A stretch of DNA of 64,000 nt from assembly GCA_976551045.1 (NCBI GenBank), contig CDPCPM010000012.1, forward strand, positions 41,354,001 through 41,418,000, given 5' to 3'. This stretch comes from Glaucostegus cemiculus (lineage: Eukaryota). Positions 48,570 through 62,194 of this stretch are shown here, in pieces (position 1 is the stretch's first letter; each line of letters starts with the position of its first letter). A program made the translations under genes and the position numbers. The notes under the pieces are model-generated. The model ran no database searches. It was given only the letters and a program-made list of their open reading frames with translations, and was not told the origin of the DNA.

Positions 48570-51500
48570 TAGAACATAGAACAGTACAGAACAGGAACAG
48601 GCCTTTGGCCCCCTGATCTCTATGCTGAATATGATGCCAAATTAAACTCACTCTCTTCTGCCTGGACATGATCCTTATCCCTCTATTCTCTGCATATTCA
48701 TATGTCTATCTAAAAGTCTCTTAAATACCACTAACTGCTTCTACCACCCCCCCCCCCCCCCCCAACGCCCCGGCAGCCTGTTCCAGGTAACTACAACTCT
48801 CCGTGTAAAACAAAAACTTGGTCTGTATGTCTCTTTTAAACTTTTCCCCTCTTACCTTATATGTACGTCCTCTAGTATTTGACACTTTTACCCCGGGAAA
48901 GAGATTCTGACTGTTTACCCTATCTCTCTGCCTCTCATAAGTTTATAAAGCTCTAAAATAGGATATCTTTATTAGTCGTATGTACATCAAACACACAGTG
49001 AAATGCATCTTTTGCATAGAGTGTTTTGGGGGCAGCCCACAAGTGTCGCCATACTTCCGGCGCCAACATAGCATGCCCACAACTTCTTAACCCAAATGTC
49101 TGGAATGTGGGAGGAAACCGGAGCACCTGGAGGAAACCCACTCAGACATGGAGAGAATGATCAAACTCCTTAAAGACAGTGGCTGGAATTGAACCTGGGT
49201 TGCTGGCACTGTAATAACGTTACCCTAACCGCTGCACTACCGTGCCCCGCAGCCCCTGACACTCCAGAGAAAACATCCCAAGTTTGTCCAACCTCTCCCG
49301 ATAGTTCATGCCCTCTAATCCAGGCAACATCTTGGTAAACCTCTTCTGCACCCTTTCCAAAGCCTGTACATCCTTCTTGCAATGGGGCAGCCAGAACTGC
49401 ACACAGTGCTCTAAGCGTGGCCTGACCAAAGTTTTATCTAGCTGCAACATGACTTCCTAACTTTTATACTCTGTGCCCTAACCAGTGAAGGCACGCATGC
49501 CATATGCACCTTTTAACACCCTATCTACTTCGGTGCCCATTTTCAGGGAGCTATGGACTTAGACCCCAAGTATATCTCTATATATCAGTGCTATTAAGGA
49601 CCCTGCCGCCCACTGTGCATTTTCCCTTTACATATGACCTCCCAAACTTCAACACCTCACACTTGCACGGATTAAACTCCATCTGCTATTTCTTCCCTCC
49701 ATATCTGTAACTGCTCTATATCCTGCTGTTTCCTCTAAGAACCTTCTTCACTGTCCACAACTCGACAAATTTTTATGTTGTCTGCAAACTTACTAACCCA
49801 CCCATCTACATTTCCAAGCAACAGAGGCCCCAGCACTGATCCCCACAGAACACCACTGATTACAGAGCTCCAACCAGAATGATACCCTTCCACTACTACC
49901 CTCTGTCTCCTTTGGGCAGCCAATTCTGAATCCAAGCTACCAAGTCACAGTGGATCCCATGCATCTTAATCTTCTGGATCAGGCTACCATCAGGGACTTT
50001 GAATGCCTTACTAAAGTCTATGTAGACAACATCCACTGCCATGCCCTTAACAATCCCCTTTGTCACCTCCTCAAAAAAACTTGATTAAGTTTGTAAGACG
50101 TGACCTGCCCTGCACAGAGCCATACTGACTGTTCCTAATCAGACCATGCTTGTCCAAATGCGCATAAATCCTTTCCCTACAAATCCACCCTCCAGCTTCC
50201 CTAACATTGATATGAGGTTCACTGGCATACAATTTCCTGGATTATCCCTATTTCCATTCTTGAAAAAAAGGAACAACATTGGTTCCTCTCCAGTCCTCTT
50301 GGACCTCTTCTATTGTTAGTATGATACAAAAATCTTTGTCAAGGCCCCAGCAATCTCCTCTCTTGCCTCTTTCAATAACCAGGGATATATCCCATCAAGC
50401 CCTGGGAATTTACCCACCTTAATGTTCTTCAAGAGACTCAACACCACCACCACCTTGATCTCAAAATGCTCTGGCATGTTATCATGTCCCACGTTAATCT
50501 TGCTATTCTCCATGTCTGTCTTCTTGGTAAATACTGACACAAAGTACTCTAATAGTACTTTAGTACATCACCCACATCCTCTAGCATAAATTCCTACCCT
50601 CTCCCTTGGTCCTACCCTCTCCCTTGTTATCTTCTTGTTTTCGATAGAAGTATAAAATGTCTTGGGATTGTCTTTAATCTAATTTGCCAAGAACATTGGC
50701 CCTCCTAATTCACTGCTTGAGTTCTTTCCTGATTTCTCTATATTTCTCAAGGCTCCTGTCTGATTTTAACTTCCTAAACCTTCCATATGCTTCCTTTTCC
50801 TTTTTGATTAAATTCACAACCTCTCTCGTCATCCATGGTTCCATAACTTTGCCACCGTTATCCTTCCCCCTTACGGGAACATACCAATCCCGAACTTTGA
50901 TCATCTGGTCTTTAAACAATTCCCACATGTCAGATGTCAACTTGCCCGTTAATAGCTGCGCCCAATTAACCACCCCACTTACTCGCCCCCCCCTCCCCAA
51001 GCTCCCATCTAATAGTGTTGTAATTTTCCCTTCCCCCAATTTAGTACTCTCCTGCAAGGTCTGATATGATCCTTCCTCCAGTTGGAATATCCACATACTG
51101 TCTCAAGAAAGCCTATTGGATGCACCTAAGAAATTCTGCCCAATCTAAGCCTCTTGCACTGAAGTCCCAGTCAACTTTGGGGAAGTTAAAATCACCAACT
51201 ATGACAACTGTTATTTTTACATCTTTCCATAATCAGTGGATATATCTATTCCTCTGGCCCCTAGTAGCTACTGGGGGGCCTATAGTATAATCCCATCAGA
51301 GTGACTGCACCTTTCTTACTTTTGAGCTCTACCTATATTTCCTCAGTGGATGAGCCCTCCTCTCAGTGCAGGCATGATATTCTCCCTGATTAGTAATGCA
51401 ACTCTTCCTCCTCTTACCTCCCTTTCTATCATGTCTAAAACATCAAAACCCAGGAATGCTGAGCTGCCAGTCCTATCCCTCCCACAACATGACAGTTCCA

Positions 51501-51955
51501 TGCTTCATGTTCATTTGCCTTACTCATAATACTCCCTGAATTGAAATAAACACTTTCAGCCCATCAATTCCACTGTGTTCATTTAACCTGTCCCTGCTTG
51601 TCCTTCCTCTCAGACCTACCAGTAATAACATCTACCTTCCCCTTAATCTCCCCACTAGCTGAGCTGCTATCTGGTTCCCATCCCCCCTGCCACTCAAGTT
51701 TAAACCCTCCCAAGCAGCACAAGAGAACCTCCCTCTGAGGATTTTGATTCCCCTCCAGATCAAGTGCAACTTACCCCTCTTGTACAGGTCCCAACTGCTC
51801 TTAAAGAAAGCCCAATGATTCATATATCTGAAGCCCTCCTTCCTGCAGCAGGTCTTTAGCCACACATTAAACTGCATCATCTTCCTATTTCTTGCCTCAC
51901 CAGCATGTGGCACAGGTAGAAATCCTGAGATTACAACCCTGGAAGTCCTACTTTA
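48570..51955 (-). mobile_element. Long CR1 LINE: end of ORF1 (SGNH esterase-like), ORF2 endonuclease and RT, and 3' UTR; decayed
   Basis: ORF 51632..51913 (RNRKMMQFNVWLKTCCRKEGFRYMNHWAFF...LYKRGKLHL). Endonuclease GDFNFP at ~51180-51197. RT ORFs 50316, 49735 (GSVLGP...FADNIK) and 49220. Tail tagaacatagaacagtaca at 48570. Confidence 0.92.
48955..49247 (-). mobile_element. V-SINE with Rex1-like tail nested in CR1
   Basis: Reverse complement of the 37015-37312 family (ggatatctttattagtcgtatgtacatcaaacacacagtgaaa ... ctaaccgctgcactaccgtgccc). Confidence 0.88.
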
Positions 51956-53714
51956 TAACTTACTACCTAGCACCCACAAAAATTAATTTGCAGCACCTCA
52001 TCTCTCTTCCTGCCTACATCATTGATAGCTCACCTCTAGTCATTGGAATGATATGGCAAGACTACAAGGAAAATTTTGGTTCTCTCATTTGTGGTGTCTC
52101 CATTTGGATATTCCACCAATTTCTTTTTTAACTCCATGACCTCAAACTCTTATCCTTAGCAAGGGGGAAAACCTCTTAAATTCTGCTCATGAATATAGAA
52201 GTGCATGTTACTATCCAGATTTTAAATTATCTGTGAAGGACAAGCACCTCATTGGGAATGCCAGAAATGGTCACAAATATCCTCTCTCAATTTTGTCATT
52301 CAGTTGTGCCAGACCTGCTTGCTAAAGATGTATTACCCCTATGCTGCTAGTTATCCAGAATAAAAGATTCACCATATAATCTGCTTATAGGTGCAGCTGA
52401 AATAATGAATGCAATTAAAATAATGTCAAACAGCAACCTGCCACCACCTCTGCTCCTTGTGGTGTCTCATGGGAGATAATTGATGAATTGAAGGCTGACG
52501 AAATCTCTCTGCTATTTCTGCAGAAACAAGGAGGCTGTCGGGGAGCATTTGCCTGTGTTCTTTGAGGATTCACAGGATCTCCACAGAGGAGTGAGATTTA
52601 TTTTGCAGCTGCCTCTGTTGAAGCCTCTTTAAAATGTGACTGTGAATTTAGATCTCCTATATCACTTAAAACAGCAAAAGAGAAGAGGTTGAAACTGACA
52701 GTAGCTATTGGCAAAGGTACTGCGGTATTTTTAATATAACGCCTTGGAATTGCTGTCAAGCACATCTCCTTGGCGCAATTGTCTCTGAATGTCTTGCGTT
52801 AGTCAAAGGAATCCTCACACTAATGGAACATTCACCCCCACTATTTTTATATGTGTAAAACAATGCTTCCCAAATAACCCCATTGAATCCTTGGATAATA
52901 GCCAGCTATCCACTCACGTTTGATGATATATGGCTAGCCTGTTTGCTTTGTCAGCTCCACCACACAGTGGGTTTTAAATTGGGCAAACAAGCCTGTGGCA
53001 ACTGAGATTACTTTCCTACCCCCTCTAATATGATCATATATAATAGATCTTACATTTTTATAATGATGTATTGTGCCTATCAGATTTTAGCTTGTGTCAT
53101 TTATTTTAGAAAAGTTAATGGGGAGGGGGATGTCTGAAGCATGCTGTATAATGTAAAATAAATGACATATATTTTGCTAATTGTGAGCCAATTATTGATT
53201 TCCATTAAATGTTTGCATATGTTTGTCTTATAAGTTGCTTATTCTAAAATTGATTTTCTGAAATTTAAGTTTCCAGGAGCAAAAACTAACAATGAACAAA
53301 CGAACTGTCATTATGCTTGGTTTCCACTGCACGGAGTGGAGATTAGTCATTGCATTAGTTCCCACAAGCACAATCCAAGTGTTAATGTTAAGTTACTTTT
53401 AATGTTCAAGCTAATGCTATTTGCGCTTTGCAGAAAAATGATTCCTTAAAATGACTGCCTTTGCTCACATCAACCTACATTCCAAACGGAGTTTAGCTCC
53501 ATAAATTCATGTTAAAAGCCTAACTGCAAAAAAGGAAAGGCTATATTTGCACTTGAAACATCTGTGATTATAAAATGAATCTTGTACCTGTTTCATTTAT
53601 TCTCTGCAATTTATGTGTCCCCTGAAGGTTTCAAAAAAGAGTGAAAATGTTCTTCTACCATCAGGACAGCTATGTGAATACTCCATGCCTGATTTTATTT
53701 TATATTCATTTATG

Positions 53715-54320
53715 AGATCATCGTGGATTGCTGACAGAGGCAGCATTTATTACCTTTCCTTCATTGCCCTTGAGAAGGAGATGGTGAGCTGCTTTCTTGA
53801 ACGACTGTATGTCCTTCTTGAGAAGGTACTTCTACGATGCAGCTGAGAAGGACTGCATGGTATGAAGCTAGTGATAATGAAAGAAAGATAATATGTTTCT
53901 AAGTCAGGTGAGTATATGACTGGGAAGGAAACTTGAAGGTGGCAGAGCTCCCAGGAACTGCAACCTGATGTGGTAGAGATGATGTACTTTGGCAGGTACT
54001 GTCAAAGAAGTCTTGGAGAGTAAGTGGGTCACATTGCAGCCGTGATACAATTAAAGTGGAAGACATCCATCTTCAGGGTGAAGGATTACGTGCCAATTAT
54101 CCTGCATTGTGTTAAATTTTTTTGAGTGCTTTTGGAACTGCATTCTTTCAGACAAGGAGAGTATTCCATCACACCTCCAATGTTTGTTGTGCAAGAGGAA
54201 AAGTGGCTGCCAATTCAGAGCATATATTCTTACTGTATTTTTCCAAGTGGTGCTCAACATGCAAAAGTCACTAATCTTCAGCTGGGTGAGGAGGAAGGTG
54301 TAAATCAGCACATCTTGGAG
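53715..54320 (-). mobile_element. Decayed CR1-group LINE (second lineage) fragments
   Basis: gcagcatttattacctttccttcattgcccttgagaaggagatggtgagctgctttcttgaac and ttccaagtggtgctcaacatg...cagctg resemble an abundant elasmobranch CR1-group repeat as I recall it. Confidence 0.55.
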
Positions 54321-54324
54321 TAGA

Positions 54325-54918
54325 GGGAAATAAAGGACAGCTAATGCTGGAATCTAGATGAAAATCACGATGATGCTGGAGGAACTCAGCAGGCCAGGCA
54401 GCATCCGTGGAGAAAAGGATGCGGTCAACATTTTGGGTCAGGACCCTTCTTCAGGGTTGAAGATAGAAAAAGGAGAAAGCCCAGTATATAGGAGGGAAAA
54501 GCAGAGCAGTGATAGGTGGACAAAAGAGGGGAGGTGGGGTGGGCACAGGGTGGTGATAGGCAGATACAGGTAAGAGATAGTGATAGGCTGGTGTAGGGGA
54601 GGAAGGGAGAGCAGATCCGCCAGGGGATGGGTCAAAGTTAAGGAGAGAGAGGAAAAAAAATAAGTTGGAAAAAAAGGCAAGGAAAGGGAGGAAGAGAAGA
54701 AGCATGGTTGGGGGTTTGATGTTTGTGGGGAAGAGGGGTGGGGATTACCTAAAGTGGGAGAATGTTGTTAGGCTGCAAGGTTCCAAGGTGGAAAATAAGG
54801 TGCTGTTCCTCCAGTTTGTGCTTAGAGTTCTCCTGGCAGTGGAGGAGGCCGAGGACTGACATATCAGTGATAGTGTGGGAGGGGGAGTTGAAGTGACTGG
54901 CAATGAGGAGATGCAGGT
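54325..54918 (-). mobile_element. Penelope-like element 3' end, same family as 10940-12498
   Basis: Collinear with 10940-11460 (acgatgatgctggaggaactcagcaggcc...ggtgctgttcctccagtttg...ttgaagtgactggcaat). Confidence 0.85.
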
Positions 54919-57689
54919 CACTCGGGGTACATGGCGTGATGGAATCGGATGTGCCACATTGTAACCTTTAGTGTTGGGAAATGGATCACCTCATAGGATT
55001 CACTTATTTGAAAATTGAAGTTAATGAATCTTGTACAATGTTTCCTGAACCAACTCCCCACCACGCCCCCCCCGCCCCTCCCATAGCTTGGAATTGCAGA
55101 CACTTAGTTTTAGAATTTATTATGTTGAGGGAAATGTACAAGAAACAGATTTTTATTTACAAGATATTAAAAAATATGGATAGCAGTATTGAAAGGGACC
55201 CAATTTCATCACAAATCTATCCAAAAAAAGACAGGACAACGATGGACTGGCATTCATTGAATGAAGTATGAAGCAGCAGAGAAGAAAATTGGGCTCATCA
55301 TGGTTGTACAAGGTCTCTGAGGTAGCAAATTAGTCCCAAAATGTCTGCCCTATCCTATTCACCAGCTCTTTTTTCCAAGTATTTATCGGTTTCCTTTTTT
55401 ATTATTGAATCTGCAGATGGGAAAAACTCTCTTTTTAAAATAAAAGTCTCATACCACTCCATGTTCTTTTGTCGATAATGTTAAAACTGGAGGAGGTAAC
55501 ATTTTTTTGGAATACAGACATTAGTATCAATTTAGAAATAAGTGGATTTTCTCATTGGCAATTGTTCAGTGCACAGGAGCAGATGTCAGATAACTCTGTC
55601 AACCCCAGCTGACTTAGCCCTTATATTTGTAATTAATTATACTGTACAGACTCGCAGCGAAGCATAATGTAAACTATGGCTGCTTTCTTCATTGGCACAC
55701 CCAAGAAATTAGGCCTGCTTCAAACTATACATAATATCTTAAAGAAATGCACAAATGTTCTTAAAAGGGAAGTGTAACAACACTACAGCACAAAAAGTGT
55801 AACAACATTACAAAATAACATAATAAAATGCTAGTGAACATTGTATTGAATGATAAGCATTTTAGAAGTCTATCTCCAATACTGTACTTTTCTTCCTGAT
55901 ATTATATATGATTGTACTTGGACATTGGTAGTTAAAGACCAGACAGCTGCTTATAGAAAAAATGATATGGTGGCACATAAAATCAAGACCTCCCATTGTT
56001 TAATATATTGGAAAAAGCTCGTTCCAGAGAGTTTGTATTGAGGGTTAAGCAATGTCCTTGTTGACAAGTTTTTCATTGTACCTTGGTACAAGTGGCAAGC
56101 ACAGGCACAGTTCTACATTCAAAGATGAATTACAAAATACAGTTATATCTTTGTGAAGGCCATGCATTAATTATATTGGGATAGTCCTTTCTACGGAAGT
56201 AAAGACCTAGATTAAATTGACCTTTTAGATGCCTATGTAAATTTGAACTGAAGAAAAGTAAGCATTAAGGGGTTGCAAATTGAAGAATGGGAAGTTTGGA
56301 AATAAATGGAAGAGACGATGTACAAGGATCACAGGCAGAAGACAGAAGGAGGGGTGAACAGAAACACAGACGTATTTATAAGATGACAAATACGGGGTTC
56401 TATTTAAGCTTTTTCCTGCCTAACTGCTGGCAGTTTGTATTTCCATGCATACAAATATAAATGCAGGATCCCAGAGCTTGGTGTTAGTTGCTTATGGAGT
56501 CTTGTTAGGGTGTGTGGATTTGAAGCAATTGCCAAGCAATTTTCTTTTGTTATGTATCGTGACGTAATATAATATTGTATTAAAGAGTCTGAGCCACAAA
56601 GGAGCATCATGTCTGGAATATTTGGAATTTGTGACCTTCCTGTTAGGTTAAGGATCTATCCTGGTTACTTGGATCAGGAAGGGGATCTTTAAGCTTCTGA
56701 GTAGAACAAATTCTGTTCTTCACATCTTTAAAAGGATTAAAATTCTGATTGAGGCCTTTTAAAGAACTCATGTCTAAAGCTGTACTGGAGTTGAAGATTA
56801 AAGGTCAGAATTTCTCTTGGGCATTTTGGGTCTGCTGGGAATGATATTGTGAACATCAGTCTGGCAGGTTGTTAGATTAGGGATAGTGCAGTTGATACAT
56901 TTTGTTATACTGACTTTTCCCAGGCATTCAAATGACTTATTTAGGACATGGTCTCCAAATAAAGGAAAAGAGATTCTTGTCTGCTGTATTTCTAAACAGC
57001 CCCAAGAATTTCAGGTCTCTTCTTCCACATTGTGATATTTCTTTACAAATAATCTGCCCAGACATTTTCAGTTAATGCTTCCTGCAAGAAAGCAGGTCAC
57101 TTTTCTTTTATTTGTGCATACTTGCACTGCTGCCACTGAATGTCACCCACAGAGAGAATGCTTCCTCATTCCATTTAGTCAATAACATGAGATACCTGTA
57201 CAGTTGTTCATTCCACCCACATCATAATTACAATTCACTATGACTGATGATATGCCTGTGGTATTGCAGATGATTGCACACAATGGCATCATCAAGAGTT
57301 AAGGCAGCTGCAGATATTACTGACTCATTTCCATCCAAAGCCTGTCATCATTTCAGACAGATATCTTAACAAAAAGGAGACTTAAACATATAGTTTGCAA
57401 GAAGTAACAAAGATTCTGTCTTGGGAAGGGTAAAAATAATACAATAACTGCACCAGCAAATATGTTAAATAGAATGCATCATTCAACTGGAGATTTGGAG
57501 CTGCAGTCATAATTTAACATCATATTTCTATATATTATGAAGGACAAAATGAAATTGAACACAGTACTGATGTAGTGTGTAAATTATTCCATGGGTCCTG
57601 AATTTCCTGGATGCTATGGATGATGCCTGGAATAAACCTTATCTGACTTGAAAAATGGCTGATAAAATTAAGGTGATAGTTGCATCATC

Positions 57690-59500
57690 ACATTTAATCC
57701 ATTCATTCAGTTAAAGGCATTGTCTGTTTTGATTAAAAGAGCATTTGAAAAAATCATTTGTGATATGCTGTTGGGTTAATGGGAGTTGCGAACATGAGGA
57801 GATGTTATAATCTCTCTGAGTTCAATCTCATCCAAGGGATTATAAAATGGATGGTTAGATTCCCAGGAATGATATATTAGTAAATGCTTTGTAAACTTAA
57901 GTTTAAAGATATCTTGGAGAGAACTGAATTGAAGGATGTACTAAATTACAATATCAATAATTTCAAAACAGAGCTGATGCAAATGCACAACATAATGAAC
58001 CATCATTCTGACCTTTAGCTACTGGTGTCTGGGGCTGGGCATATTGATGAGAAAACTGGAGGATAATTCAAAGGGATTCAGATATTTTAAGTAACTGGAA
58101 AATAATAACTGCAGTTAAATAGCATCAAGGAACCAAATCAGAGGTTATGTTTTTTTAATGGATTCACTGTGTATTATGCTGATTGGGTAAGAATTCTAAA
58201 GGTCACCAAAACTATATGTGTGGAATAATGAGCCAGTACTGGGCTAGTAAATAGGCCATGCCAGGTCAGGTTACACAATGATTGCTGTGTTGATTAAATT
58301 TGCTTTTCAAGAAAAGAAGATGAATTAATTCTTGGTTAGAGATGCTGCTAAAGGTTAGTAAATTGAGTTTGAATATAGATAAACCAAGTATTCAGTGGAG
58401 TGATATGATTTTAATCCTGCTGGAACCATTGGAGTGACGTCTGTGAAATGAAACTTGTCAAGGTTGAATAATATAGATTGTTCTGTTCAATTGATCTCCT
58501 GGGGTTTCCACTCAATTACTTTAAAGTTGAGAGAGAAAATTCACAGAGCTTTATTATCTTGAAGATTTTGTCTCGCCATTTGTCTCCATCGATAGTGTTT
58601 TAATAAAAGTTGGATAGAAGCTGTGAAAGTGCAAACAGCACATGAAAAACTAAAATAGTTGGGATATTTTTTTGCCAAGAAAAAGGTCACCTAACAGAAG
58701 AGTTTAAAATTATGATTTTTTTTATAGAGGAAGGTGCTGCCATTCATGGGGATGTCCTAAATATAAGATGATCAACAATAAATTTTAATAAGAAATTCAG
58801 GAGGCATTTGTTTATCCAGGGATTTGAAGTTTTATTAAGAAACCAAAAGTTTGGTTGCCATCCAAAGTGAATCCAATATTAAAGAGGGATGATTGGCAAA
58901 CTCCAGGAATTACAGACTAATTAAGGTTGATAGCCACGTAAATAATGGACACTGTATCAAAGGAAATATAGGAACTGAAAATATAATTAGGTAAAGTCAA
59001 AATTGATATTTAAAGAGAAGGTCCTGGTTGATCAAACCTATACAATGCTTTTGAAAAAAATAGCAAAGGATATTCTAGGGTAAAGCTGTAGATGTTATAC
59101 ATTTAGATTTTTGAAAGATGTTACTAAGGTGGATATGTGATAAAGTTTGGGGGGAAAAGCATGCCAAGAACAAGTCAAGGAATGGTAACATAACAGAACA
59201 TAGAAGAAGGGGTACAGATAAATACTTAGACTTGCATCTGGTGAGATAAGCAGTTTCATAATGATTATGCTGGAAATCAAAATGATTTATTACTTTTGAA
59301 AATGATTAGACTCGGTCAAAATTTATTGACAATACCAAACTGCAGGGAGTAAAAAGCACTGCAAAAAATCCAAGAAGCTTGCAGAATTTATCTGTAATAT
59401 TAGGCAAATTTCAATGTGAATGAATGTGGTATGGCTTAAGTTTGTAAGTAGAATAAGACAGTGACACATTTGGAAATAAGTCCAACAATGGTGGAAAAAG
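57690..59500 (+). mobile_element. Very old CR1 ORF2 debris
   Basis: Residual PGNYRLI-like (58904-58922), SWLI-NL-like (59022) and VDVIHLDF (59088-59111) motifs. Confidence 0.5.
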
Positions 59501-59519
59501 AGGGACATTTATAAAATAA

Positions 59520-59758
59520 ATGTGAAATAAATAGAAAATGTTGGAAACTGCATATCAGATAACATCTATGGAGAGGGAGGAACAGGGTTAGTGTTTCAGG
59601 TTAGACCTTACATCAGAACTCATCAAGGTTGTGATGAAAGTTCATTTGCAGAAAAGTCAACACTATCCCTCTTTCGAGATGTTGCTTGACCTGCTGAGCA
59701 TTTCCAGCGTTTTCTGTTTTATTCTGGATTTCCACCATCTGCAGTATTTTGCTTCTGA
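59520..59758. mobile_element. Palindromic PLE-derived mini-element
   Basis: Left arm agaaaatgttggaaac...gtttcaggttagaccttacatcagaac is inverted relative to right arm gttgtgatgaaag...gatgttgcttgacctgctgagcatttccagcgttttct. Confidence 0.7.
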
Positions 59759-59809
59759 ATAAATAATGGTTGCATGGGTTTAAAGGTCACAAAGTCATAT
59801 TCATGTTGA

Positions 59810-60307
59810 ATTGGAAGATATGAATGCACTGGATGGATTGTGGAAGAGACTCACCAAGATGTTCCATGAGATGGAGCATTTCAATTTTGAGGAGATTTAT
59901 GAGGGGCTAGGTTTGTTTTCTTTGGAGCAAGGAGTACTGAGTAGGGACCTGATTGTGGTATTTAAAATCATGAGGGACTTAGATAGGTTAGATCGTGAGA
60001 AACTTCTTCCTTTGGTAGAGGTGTCTCTAACCAACGGGCATAGGTTTAAGGTAAGGAGGAGGATATTTAGAGAAGATTAGAGGGAGATTCTTTTTCACCC
60101 AGAAAATGGTTGAAATCTGGAACTCACAGCCTGGGATTGTGGTGAAGGAAGGTCTTCTCACAACATGTGAGAAGTTTTTAGAAATGCCATGGCATAGAAG
60201 CTGGTGAGCTCTGTCTTTGTGTAAGATGATTTTAATACAGATAGACTGATGGCTGGCCAGGGTGTAGTGGTCCAAAGGGCCTGTTTGCATGCTCTGACTC
60301 TCTGACC
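59810..60307 (+). mobile_element. CR1 LINE 3' end
   Basis: ORF 59811..60080 (LGLFSLEQGVLSRDLIVVFKIMRDLDRLDREKLLPLV...GHRFKVR), followed by the ggtccaaagggcct hairpin. Confidence 0.85.
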
Positions 60308-60650
60308 CACTGTGACATAACCAGTTGAGTCGCTGCCTCACAGTGTTAGAAACCGGGTTCAATCCTGACTTTGGGTGCTGTGAACGTGGAGTTTGCACGT
60401 GCTCCCTCTGACCACATGGGTTTTCCCCCAGATGCTCCAGTTTCCTTCCACATCCCAAAGACGTGCAGGTTGATAGGTTAATTAATCACTATAAATTGCC
60501 CCTTGTGTGTAGGTGAGTGGCAGAATCTGGGGGAAGTTGATGAAAATGTGGGGAAAATAAAAATGAGATTAGTCTAAGTGAGTGGTTGATGGTCAGTGTG
60601 GACTTGGTGGACTAAAGAGTCTGTTTCCATGCTGAATCTTCTATGACTCT
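60308..60650 (+). mobile_element. V-SINE (HE1-like) with CR1-like tail
   Basis: B-box ggttcaatcc, V-domain tggagtttgcacgtgctccctctgaccacatgggttttcc, and tail ggactaaagagtctgtttccatgctgaatcttctatgactct. Confidence 0.85.
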
Positions 60651-60689
60651 GTGGTACAACTGTGATTCTTTATATAGTGTCCATCAAAT

Positions 60690-61170
60690 ACCGTTCTAGT
60701 CTCCAAGATGCAACTAGGATATGAAAGCTTTGATGAAAGTGCAAAAAAAGATCTGCTAGCATGAAGTTGGAATAGAGAGATTAGATCTATCAGGAAAGAT
60801 TGAACAAGATGAATCACTTCTCTTTGGAAATAGCAGGTGGTTTGACAGATTATGAAAGAATTTGATTGGTTACAAAAAAAGGTGATTTCATCAGATTGAG
60901 GGACTGTAAGGATAGTATGGACCTTAAAAAATCTAAAGAAAATTCAGAACAAACTTCTTTAGCCAGAGTGGTTGGAATGTTGAACTTGCTTCCATGAGAA
61001 ATTATTGAGATGGATGAGATCAATGAGTTTAAGGAATTTTGGGTAAACATATAAGGATGAAATAAACAGAAAAAAAATGTGTTGAGGATGTTGGATAAAG
61101 AAGGGAGAGCTAGTGGAGCATAAATGTATGCATGAACTCAATGGACAGAATGATTTTTGAGCTGTTGATA
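60690..61170 (+). mobile_element. Old CR1 3' end
   Basis: aacttctttagccagagtggttggaatgttgaacttgcttcc and tggagcataaat...atggacagaatg. Confidence 0.6.
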
Positions 61171-62194
61171 CGATCAGTTACCAAATAGCAAGACCTCAGC
61201 AGAATGGGAGGATAAGTATGCTGTGGTCAGCTTGAACTTGTGGTGAGGAAGAAGTTCAAATTTGGTTGTATGGAGTAAGCATGCAATGCAGACATGAATG
61301 TTTGCAGAATTTCACTCCTGAAATTTGGTTCCATTATTTCAGAAATTGATTTCAACGTGCAACAAGTTATTGTATTGTGCTGTTAGTCCATAGAACAGGA
61401 TGAATTCCTATCTCAGTAACATTATTGGAAGAGTCTGAGAAATATAACAAGTAGATATTTTGACTTTAAGATTTAATTTAAAAAAAACTAATACTAACTT
61501 TACTGCTTGTGTTCTTTTGTCCCTGCAAGATCAGAAGTTAGGCAACTTACATAAAGCCCGGAAACGTCTGTTGTTTTGAAGCTGAAGTAAATGACAAGTT
61601 TAAAAAAAAAACTGCCATTTCTCACTTGATAAGTCAGTTGATTCCAATCACAAGTAATGTGGTTTGAAAGAGAGAATAAGGTTGCTTGTGAGTTCAGTTC
61701 ATTGTCTGTGGTCACATTGAGAATGCTCAGTTTTCTTCACCACTGGTGACCTCCCAAGTAAATTTTCATTCCAAGCATCTTGGATTTTATTTTTCAAATG
61801 GAAACAATGCATTTTCTTTAAATAATTTCAATAGGTTAAACTGACCTTGAGGAGTGAAAGGCTTGGTCACAAAGCTGGCTTCAAAATTGCAACAATTCAG
61901 GATCGAAAAGAGGCATCATACTTGCTAAAAGAGACCACTTTCAAGGCAGTACAATACATAAGACCAAATGCCTCCAATCAATACTATCCAACTGAAAGAG
62001 TTGGCACAGTGCTGTGGGTGAATCTAATGCTGAGGTCTATGTTGGAACACAAGAACCAGGATGAATAAAAACAGTGCTCTACAGCTGTTGTGATATATTC
62101 CAACTCAAAGTAAATGCACCCTTATATGGATTCTTATTGTGTACATGATCTCTATGCCTTTGCAGCTCATGGCTCTGTTTTATTTAATGAGAAC

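Noticed and set aside
55770-55812. 18-bp direct repeat aagtgtaacaaca(c/t)taca
   Set aside because: Two-copy micro-duplication with no further structure.
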